DNA of 52,863 nt from positions 1 to 52,863 of the forward strand of contig JAAYSU010000135.1 of NCBI GenBank assembly GCA_012523915.1. Reading direction: 5' to 3'. This document shows positions 45,954-52,863 of this stretch, in pieces. Under the pieces are notes generated by a model, which did no database searches, was not told the origin of the DNA, and saw only the letters and a list, made by a program, of their open reading frames with translations. The DNA comes from Clostridiales bacterium (GTDB taxonomy: Bacteria; Bacillota; Clostridia; Peptostreptococcales; Anaerovoracaceae). A program made the translations under genes and the position numbers. Each line of letters opens with the position of its first letter. The first letter of the stretch is position 1.

Positions 45954-46547
45954 TTAAAGTCCAAGCAGGCCATCTATTACGCCTGCAAATCCCATGAATG
46001 ACAGGGAGACGATAGAGGCCGCAATTAGGGTCGCGGGAATTCCTTTAAATGCTATCGGGAAATTATTATTTTCAATTCTTTGTCTAACTCCTGCAAACAA
46101 TACCATGGCTAACAGGAAGCCAATTCCTGCTCCTAAAGCATTTACTATAGACTGTATGAAAGTATAGCTTTCATCTATATTTAAAATAGTAACTCCCAAT
46201 ACAGCGCAGTTGGTTGTAATTAATGGCAGATAAACTCCTAAGGATTTATACAAAGCAGGCATATTCTTTTTTAAAGTAGTCTCTACCAATTGTACCAAAG
46301 CTGCTATTACCAATATAAATACGATTGTCTGAAGATATTCAATTCCCAATGGGATCAGCAATCCCATGTAAATAGGAAAAGTTACTATAGTAGCCAACAC
46401 CATGACGAAGATAACTGCAAAACTCATCCCTACTGCAGAATCTAATTTCCTCGACACGCCTAGAAAGGGGCATATTCCTAAAAACCTAACTAGCACAAAG
46501 TTATTTACCAGTATAGCACTGAATAATATGATCACCATTTCTTTCAT
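45954..46547 (-). CDS. rnfA: Rnf complex subunit A
   Basis: 197 aa with 6 TM segments. Contains FLGICPFLGVS and LPLITTNCAVLG motifs. Confidence 0.9.
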   Translation of the reverse strand: MKEMVIILFSAILVNNFVLVRFLGICPFLGVSRKLDSAVGMSFAVIFVMVLATIVTFPIYMGLLIPLGIEYLQTIVFILVIAALVQLVETTLKKNMPALYKSLGVYLPLITTNCAVLGVTILNIDESYTFIQSIVNALGAGIGFLLAMVLFAGVRQRIENNNFPIAFKGIPATLIAASIVSLSFMGFAGVIDGLLGL

Positions 46548-47218
46548 TATTCACATCCCCCTTCCTCGATTTTCGCACAAGCTGCAGCTGACGGGCAACC
46601 TTCACAACCTATCTCTTTCTTTTTAATAGCTCTGCCCTTTGTCATGTAGTTTATAAATGCTACCAGGCATCCATAGGTAAAGAATGCGCCTGGTGCCAGC
46701 ATAAAGATCGACATAGGCTCAATAAGGTTTGCTGTAAGAACTATCCCCATCCAAGAGCCAGAACCTAATATTTCCCTTATAGTTCCCATAATAAATAGGG
46801 CTAAGGTGAATCCAAGACCCATTCCTATACCATCAAAAGCTGAATCTATAACCTTGTTTTTGTTAGCAAACATTTCAGCTCTACCTAAAATGATGCAGTT
46901 TACAACTATAAGCGGAATAAATAGGCCTAAAGATTCGTTGACTTCAGGAGCATATGCCTGTAAAAGGAATGATACCAGTGTCACGAACCCTGCTATAACT
47001 ACAATATAGCAAGGGATTCTAACCTTATCTGGAATAATACTTTTTAAAATCGATATTACTATATTCGAACATATTAAAACCGCCATGGTGGAAACTCCCA
47101 TACCTAAACCGTTAATGGCTGTTGTGGTAACAGCCAAGGTGGGACATGTACCTAAGAGCAAAATAAGTACGGGGTTTTCTTTTATAATCCCATTTTTTAA
47201 TAGAGTAATTTTATTCAT
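46547..47218 (-). CDS. rnfE: Rnf complex subunit E, with Cys-rich C-terminal tail
   Basis: LLGTCPTLAVTT and IPLIVVNCIILGRAE motifs. The extra tail is KKKEIGCEGCPSAAACAKIEEGGCE. Confidence 0.9.
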   Translation of the reverse strand: MNKITLLKNGIIKENPVLILLLGTCPTLAVTTTAINGLGMGVSTMAVLICSNIVISILKSIIPDKVRIPCYIVVIAGFVTLVSFLLQAYAPEVNESLGLFIPLIVVNCIILGRAEMFANKNKVIDSAFDGIGMGLGFTLALFIMGTIREILGSGSWMGIVLTANLIEPMSIFMLAPGAFFTYGCLVAFINYMTKGRAIKKKEIGCEGCPSAAACAKIEEGGCE

Positions 47219-47772
47219 TATTTAGCACCCCCTAGCTTTTCGAATTGCTCAAGTGCGGTTTCAACCGCTCTAAATATTGCATTCGAGGATACTGTTGCTC
47301 CAGTTACAGCATCAATACCATTCTCGTCCGATGGATTCGCTGATATCGTCACTTTACCCTCGTATTGAGAAAGATGCTCTACAGTCATTGCCTTTGTGCC
47401 CAGTCCCGGTGTTTCCTGATGGCTTGTAACCTTAACTCCTTCTATCTCTTTGGAGCTATTGATACCTACCATTACAGTTATATCGCCACCAAATCCCTTA
47501 TCGACAATGGTAAATATCATTCCGGATCCATTATTTGCTTGATATACTTCAACTACATTATCAATAAGTTCTATACCTTCCAAAGGAGAAAAACCCTCTG
47601 CTCCTTCGGGTAGTACTTCGGCACGTGCAAGATTTGCTTTTTCCAAATTGATCTCTTCTATAATTGGTTTTGTTATTTGGTAAGTAATAGCTAATGCAGC
47701 TGTTACCACCAAACAAATTATTACCAACACCAAGGTAGGTGCAATCAATTCTTTTGTTTTAACATTAGTCAT
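47218..47772 (-). CDS. rnfG: Rnf complex subunit G (FMN-binding)
   Basis: N-terminal TM segment. The FMN_bind domain ends in the flavinylation motif DAVTGATVSS. Confidence 0.9.
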   Translation of the reverse strand: MTNVKTKELIAPTLVLVIICLVVTAALAITYQITKPIIEEINLEKANLARAEVLPEGAEGFSPLEGIELIDNVVEVYQANNGSGMIFTIVDKGFGGDITVMVGINSSKEIEGVKVTSHQETPGLGTKAMTVEHLSQYEGKVTISANPSDENGIDAVTGATVSSNAIFRAVETALEQFEKLGGAK

Positions 47773-48718
47773 TCTTTACACCTCCATATACATTTGTTCT
47801 TGTCAGGTTATCTATATGGGGTGTCAAGATATTCATAAGTAAGATAGCATAGGATACTCCTTCGGGGTAAGAGCCGTATAACCTTATAATCATTGTCAAC
47901 AGCCCGCACCCTATACCGAAGATAATCTTACCCTTGGTTGTCAGCGGCGAAGTCGTATAGTCAGTAGCCATAAAGAATGCCCCTAGGAAAACACCGCCAG
48001 CACATATATGAAATATTGGATCATTGCCTGTTACTACTGCGAAAACAAATACTGTCGCAATAAATGCCACCGGTATCGTAGGTTCTATTACCTTTCTTAC
48101 AATTAAATATATGCCACCAATTAACAGAGCTATTGCACTTGTTTCTCCTAAAGAACCCCCGATAAAACCAAGAAACATATCCAAGTTAGATGGGACTGCA
48201 TCTGAACCCGTAGCTATAACTCCTAAAGGAGTAGGTCCTGTAACTGCATCTACCATTCCCATAAGCTTTTTAGGCAAGGGCCAAGTTGTCATGGGAGTAG
48301 CGAAAGATATTAATAGTACAATTCTGGCAGTAATTGCAGGGTTAACAAAATTCTGCCCGATTCCTCCAAACAGCTGCTTCACAATAACTATTGCTACAAA
48401 ACAACCTATAACTGCCATCCAAAAGGGTAAATTAGCAGGCAGATTAAATGCAAGCAATACTCCAGTTACAACCGCACTATAATCGGAAATTGTATTGTCT
48501 TTCTTCAGTATGTAGTTGAATAATCCCTCAAAGATAACACAAGCCACTACGCAGACTATGGTCAATACTATTGCTCTCGTTCCAAATACAATACCGGACA
48601 TAATAAATGCAGGAATCAAGGCAATTATTACATCTAGCATAATCTTGGAAGTATCTACATTGTCAAATATGTGGGGAGAGGAAGAAACAACAAGATTTCC
48701 ATTATTATATTGCTCCAT
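47765..48718 (-). CDS. rnfD: Rnf complex subunit D
   Basis: 317 aa and polytopic. N-terminus SSSPHI, and FFMATDYTTSP, which contains the covalent-FMN Thr context. Confidence 0.9.
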   Translation of the reverse strand: MEQYNNGNLVVSSSPHIFDNVDTSKIMLDVIIALIPAFIMSGIVFGTRAIVLTIVCVVACVIFEGLFNYILKKDNTISDYSAVVTGVLLAFNLPANLPFWMAVIGCFVAIVIVKQLFGGIGQNFVNPAITARIVLLISFATPMTTWPLPKKLMGMVDAVTGPTPLGVIATGSDAVPSNLDMFLGFIGGSLGETSAIALLIGGIYLIVRKVIEPTIPVAFIATVFVFAVVTGNDPIFHICAGGVFLGAFFMATDYTTSPLTTKGKIIFGIGCGLLTMIIRLYGSYPEGVSYAILLMNILTPHIDNLTRTNVYGGVKND

Positions 48719-50028
48719 TATTTGTTCCCTCCTTCCATAACTTTTTGCTTAGCTAATTTATTTACAAAGCTCAACTGTTTTTTCGCAGGACACACATAAG
48801 TGCAGGTTCCACATTCCATACAAGATAGAACATTGAGCTTCTTCAATTCATCCACATCATTCTTATCATAGGCCTTTAGTATTAACGTAGGCATCAACCT
48901 CATTGGACAGGTTCTAACGCATCTGCCACAATTAATACAAGCCGTTTCCTTGGGTAGCTTTACCCAGTCTTCATCAAAGGCCAATATAGCGTTGTTGTTT
49001 TTAATTATCGCCATATTGTCATTGTAGATGGTCCTTCCCATCATAGGGCCTCCCATTAGAATCTTTTTAGGAGGTTTCTTATAACCGCCGCAAAATTCTA
49101 TTAAATCCTTTATTGAAGTTCCGATTAAAACCTCAACATTTTTGGGCGTATTAACTGCCGTACCATCAACAGTTACCTTTCTAGTTATCAAAGGTATACC
49201 AGTCTGAACATATTTTTCTAAAGCTACTATTGAGCTTACATTGGACACAAGTACACCGACATCCGCAGGAAGTTTACCTATGGGAACCTGCCTGCCTGTA
49301 ACTTCATATATTAAAACTTTCTCTGCACCTTGGGGATAAATTGGCTTGAGTCCCATGACTTCAATTCCATCAGAATCTTTAAAGGCTTCACTCAGTTTCT
49401 CAATCGCAGGGGCCTTGTTTAATTCAATTGCTACAACAACTCTTTTAATACTAAGATATTCCTTTGTCCTCTTAATCCCTTCGACTAACAAGTCGGTATC
49501 TTCCATCATAGTCCTATAGTCAGAAGTGATATATGGTTCGCATTCCGCACCGTTAATTATCAAAGTGTCAACCTCGTCGAGGTTCTTAGGACTGAATTTA
49601 ACATGTGTCGGAAAAGCAGCTCCTCCAAGACCTACCAAGCCAGAATCTCTGACTGCTTTTATAAAGCTTTCTCTATCCGTTATCTTAGGAGCTTTCAAGT
49701 CTTCTATCAATTCCTGTTCCTTATCCAGCTCAATGGTTACAACAGGATCCCATATGCCCATCATGGTCATGTTCTGATCTATTGCCGTAACCTTCCCTGA
49801 AACACTGGAATGAATCGGTGCACTAACAAAAGCGTCTGTATCACCAATTACTTGTCCAACTTTCACCATATCTCCAACTTTTACCCTAGGCTGACAGGGC
49901 GCACCTATGTGCTGTACCATAGAAATGAATACTTTGTCTGGCAGTGGCATCTTCTCTGTAGCGCTATTCTCTGTGTTCTTGTAATGCCCAACCTTAACTG
50001 CTGGCAAATGCTTACTAAAAATGCTCAT
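48718..50028 (-). CDS. rnfC: Rnf complex subunit C
   Basis: QHIGAPCQPRVKVGDMVKVGQ, the NADH/FMN-binding region GLGGAAFPT, and two clusters CINCGRCVRTCP / CMECGTCTYVCP. Start at MSIFSK; the ORF-track start is over-extended. Confidence 0.9.
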   Translation of the reverse strand: MSIFSKHLPAVKVGHYKNTENSATEKMPLPDKVFISMVQHIGAPCQPRVKVGDMVKVGQVIGDTDAFVSAPIHSSVSGKVTAIDQNMTMMGIWDPVVTIELDKEQELIEDLKAPKITDRESFIKAVRDSGLVGLGGAAFPTHVKFSPKNLDEVDTLIINGAECEPYITSDYRTMMEDTDLLVEGIKRTKEYLSIKRVVVAIELNKAPAIEKLSEAFKDSDGIEVMGLKPIYPQGAEKVLIYEVTGRQVPIGKLPADVGVLVSNVSSIVALEKYVQTGIPLITRKVTVDGTAVNTPKNVEVLIGTSIKDLIEFCGGYKKPPKKILMGGPMMGRTIYNDNMAIIKNNNAILAFDEDWVKLPKETACINCGRCVRTCPMRLMPTLILKAYDKNDVDELKKLNVLSCMECGTCTYVCPAKKQLSFVNKLAKQKVMEGGNK

Positions 50029-50151
50029 AATTATATCACTCTCTTTATATTTATTTATTAACAAGCCCCTCGGGGACACCCTAGACCATTATAACATAAA
50101 AAATTTATTAAATTATAATACAATTTGTTGTTTTCTGTAAGAATAACCGAA

Positions 50152-51627
50152 TTATTTAAGAACATCTACTACAAATAATGCCATCTGTTCTTTTTTTAAT
50201 ACTTTTTTGTGTATAATTTTCTTTTGCTCTAAATCTTTTAGCCCAGAAGGAATTCTTACCCCTGTTTCTTTATATAAAGAACTTATATACTTAAAACCAT
50301 CATCTTCCTTTTTAAGACCAATTGCACTAGCTACACTATCTGCAAATTTATAGGCGCTGGCAGTAGAAGCTATCACTGTGGGAGTTTCATCCCCTGTCTC
50401 TTTTTTATAATCCTGATAAACCTTGTATCCTACTGCAGTGTGGGTATCAATGAGATAACCATGATCCTTATACATCTTACTTATAGTTTCCATGGTCTCA
50501 TCCTCATCTGCAAAGCCACCATAAAAATCAGAGAGTCCTTCTTTTATTCTATCGCTGACTTCATATCCCTTATCATTTTCTAGAGAATTCATTAGTGTAG
50601 ATATTTCTTCTCCATTCTCTCCTGATAAGTGATATAGCAAGCGTTCCAGGTTGCTGGAAATGAGAATATCCATTGAAGGAGAGCTGGTAATATAGAATTC
50701 ACGCTTTATATGGTATGCTCCAGTGTTTATGAAGTCTGTTAATACCTTATTCTTATTAGAAGCACAAATAAGCTTATTAACCGGGAGCCCCATCTCCTTT
50801 GCATAGTAGGCCGCCAATATATTTCCAAAATTACCCGTAGGTACAGTAATATTTATCTTATCTCCAGGGTTGATTACCCCATCTTCTAATAGTTTCACAT
50901 ATGACCATACATAGTAGACTACCTGAGGTACCAGTCTGCCTATATTTATCGAATTTGCTGAGGATAGCTTGTACCCCTTCTCCGCAAGCTTATCTGCAAT
51001 ATTTCTATCATTAAAGATATTTTTCACTCCCGATTGAGCATCATCAAAATTACCTTCGATAGCAAATACATGAGTGTTACTACCTTCCTGTGTAACCATT
51101 TGTCTGGCCTGTACCTGGCTTACTCCCTTGTTTGGAAAAAATACTATAATCTCCGTATTGGGTACATCAGCAAAACCCTCCAGGGCAGCTTTGCCTGTAT
51201 CTCCAGAAGTAGCAGTAAGAATTGCAATCTTCTTTTCTTCCTTTTCTTTTTTCATAGCAGTAGTTAAAAGATATGGAAGGATTGAAAGAGCCATATCCTT
51301 AAAAGCTGCTGTTTTACCATGATAGAGTTCAATAAAGTAGGCATCATTGCCCTTCTTGACAGGAACTACTTCTTCAGCCTCAAATTTAGAATCATATGCA
51401 TTATATATACAATCTCTCAACTCATCTTCAGTAAAGTCAGTCAGAAACTTAGGGAGTACATGAGAAGCTAGCTGCCTATAATCTAGTCCTATAAGTTTGC
51501 TGATATCTATATCCAATTCAGGAATCCTCTCAGGTACATATAAGCCTCTATCCTCTGCTATCCCTTTTATTATTGCCTGGGCAGAGCTCATCAAATTTTT
51601 GCTTCCCCTTGTACTCTTGTATTTCAT
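50152..51627 (-). CDS. thrC: Threonine synthase (long form)
   Basis: MKYKSTRGS N-terminus and the PLP lysine context HGKTAAFKDMAL. About 491 aa. GGAG is 9 nt upstream of the chosen ATG. Confidence 0.9.
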   Translation of the reverse strand: MKYKSTRGSKNLMSSAQAIIKGIAEDRGLYVPERIPELDIDISKLIGLDYRQLASHVLPKFLTDFTEDELRDCIYNAYDSKFEAEEVVPVKKGNDAYFIELYHGKTAAFKDMALSILPYLLTTAMKKEKEEKKIAILTATSGDTGKAALEGFADVPNTEIIVFFPNKGVSQVQARQMVTQEGSNTHVFAIEGNFDDAQSGVKNIFNDRNIADKLAEKGYKLSSANSINIGRLVPQVVYYVWSYVKLLEDGVINPGDKINITVPTGNFGNILAAYYAKEMGLPVNKLICASNKNKVLTDFINTGAYHIKREFYITSSPSMDILISSNLERLLYHLSGENGEEISTLMNSLENDKGYEVSDRIKEGLSDFYGGFADEDETMETISKMYKDHGYLIDTHTAVGYKVYQDYKKETGDETPTVIASTASAYKFADSVASAIGLKKEDDGFKYISSLYKETGVRIPSGLKDLEQKKIIHKKVLKKEQMALFVVDVLK

Positions 51628-51733
51628 ACCTAAACACTCCATTTCTTATTATTTATAACACCTTTAATATATTAACAAATATATCGGCTGATTACTATAG
51701 ACAAAACTATATAATTTGCAATCCTTTACATAC

Positions 51734-51762
51734 AAAAAAGAGCAATTGCTATTTTGCTCTTT
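51734..51762 (-). terminator. Rho-independent terminator after the HD-GYP gene
   Basis: Stem AAAGAGCA / TGCTCTTT (51737-51744 / 51755-51762), followed by a T6 run on the minus strand. Confidence 0.7.
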
Positions 51763-51792
51763 TAAATGTTTATGTATTCTTATCGACTGGGA

Positions 51793-52689
51793 TTATTCTT
51801 CATAAATTATGTTTTCAAACAAAGTAATTAGCTCTTGAGGATATCTTGCCCTTTCTTTTCTTAGCATCTTTATTGCAGTTTTTATATCATATGCCTCCCT
51901 ATAGGGACGATGGGATGTAATTGCATCAATGGTATCGGCCACCATTGCAATCTGAGCGATGTGGGATATTTCATCTCCCTTTAAGCCGTTGGGATATCCG
52001 CTTCCGTCTAGTCTCTCATGATGCTGCATAATGATATCAGTAAATTCCTTTGGAATATTGAATGTTTCAAGAGAACTTAAACCCAACTCGCAATGCTGTC
52101 TCATGCAATCTTTTTCCACTTCATTCAAGGCCTCAGGCTTTTCTATTATAGCTTTTGGTACCAACAGCTTGCCTACATCATGTAGCAATGCTGCCAATCC
52201 AATATTGAAAAGCTCTTCATCAGTATAGCCCAGCCTCTCAGCCAACATCATTGAAATTATGGCAACATCTATTGAATGTGTATAAATCCAGTTGACGTAA
52301 TTGGGTAAAGCATTGATATATATCCACCAGGGTTCACCCTTGGATTCAAAAATTATATCGCTCAATAACTTGTTGGGTTTTTCTAAAACAAGTTTGTTGC
52401 GGATATTCAATTTCTTTTCAAATTCCTCAGTATTAGGAATTTGAATATCCTTAGCCATTTCCTTTGAGGCTATAGCAAAGCCTCTCATACCAACACTATT
52501 ATCTTCGCTCATTATTTCCAGTCCGCAGCTTTCAAGCCTTAGAAGTTTTAATATGGTACTTTCTGATACCTTTTGGCCCTCTCTTAATAGCAACATACCA
52601 TTTTTATTATAAATATTCTTTCTTGTAAAAAATCCGGCTCCCTTTTCAGTAAAGAAATCCTGATGCCTTTCAATGAAACTTTTTACCAT
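51793..52689 (-). CDS. HD-GYP domain protein (c-di-GMP phosphodiesterase family)
   Basis: Motifs LLHDVGK and HHERLDGSGYPNG. The N-terminal region of about 120 aa has no recognised domain. Confidence 0.85.
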   Translation of the reverse strand: MVKSFIERHQDFFTEKGAGFFTRKNIYNKNGMLLLREGQKVSESTILKLLRLESCGLEIMSEDNSVGMRGFAIASKEMAKDIQIPNTEEFEKKLNIRNKLVLEKPNKLLSDIIFESKGEPWWIYINALPNYVNWIYTHSIDVAIISMMLAERLGYTDEELFNIGLAALLHDVGKLLVPKAIIEKPEALNEVEKDCMRQHCELGLSSLETFNIPKEFTDIIMQHHERLDGSGYPNGLKGDEISHIAQIAMVADTIDAITSHRPYREAYDIKTAIKMLRKERARYPQELITLFENIIYEE

Positions 52690-52863
52690 TATTTAATCAT
52701 TCCTTTACCTTGTTATTTTCTGTTTTATATTAAAACATATTACTGTATATAAATTGAATTTAATTCCATTATATTTCAAGCAAAAACATCTACGATTATA
52801 GCATAAATAAATCAAAAAGCAATTAAATTACTTAAAATTTCAGAAAATTAAATATTACTTCCC

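Noticed and set aside
1-52863. Scan for CRISPR arrays, rRNA genes, IS elements or transposases, integrases and long tandem repeats
   Set aside because: I found none. The only repeat of note is the 49-nt tRNA-Glu duplication. No regularly spaced short repeats, terminal inverted repeats or recombinase motifs were seen.

Overview
This 52.9 kb window looks like chromosome from a low-GC, endospore-forming Firmicute (Clostridia-like). I support about 50 protein genes and 2 tRNA genes, and most genes lie on the minus strand. I saw no rRNA, CRISPR array or intact mobile element. The core is the conserved housekeeping/sporulation block known from Bacillus and Clostridium. Read on the minus strand it runs purR, spoVG, a truncated glmU, prs, pth, mfd, a prsA-like gene, spoVT, mtaD, a spoVB/murJ-like flippase, mazG, hup and a yabO-like S4 gene, with murC divergent from purR. 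Other content includes a THF riboswitch with folT, serC-serA, rdgB, a peptide-binding lipoprotein and a lipoprotein/ABC-exporter operon. It also includes azlCD, guaB, a VanY-type peptidase, htpG, an OYE flavoenzyme, fabZ, rnfCDGEAB, thrC, one GGDEF cyclase and one HD-GYP phosphodiesterase. Five items are not routine. (1) The ORF track misses a HesB/IscA-like selenoprotein gene that has an in-frame TGA at the conserved Cys position and a SECIS-like hairpin. (2) A GC-rich 1.3 kb remnant of an integrative element sits in tRNA-Glu(CUC), bracketed by 49-nt repeats, and carries an orphaned AbiEi antitoxin next to a collapsed AbiEii toxin. (3) A split three-gene operon encodes a HgdC/BcrA-type ATPase activase and two paralogous Cys-motif proteins of unknown function. 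(4) A perfect CIRCE operator and sigma-A promoter lie in front of htpG. (5) The glmU gene lacks its uridyltransferase half. Many ORF-track starts are over-extended or use GTG/TTG, so I re-placed starts where SD spacing and family N-termini allowed. All family assignments come from motif recognition by eye; no searches were run.
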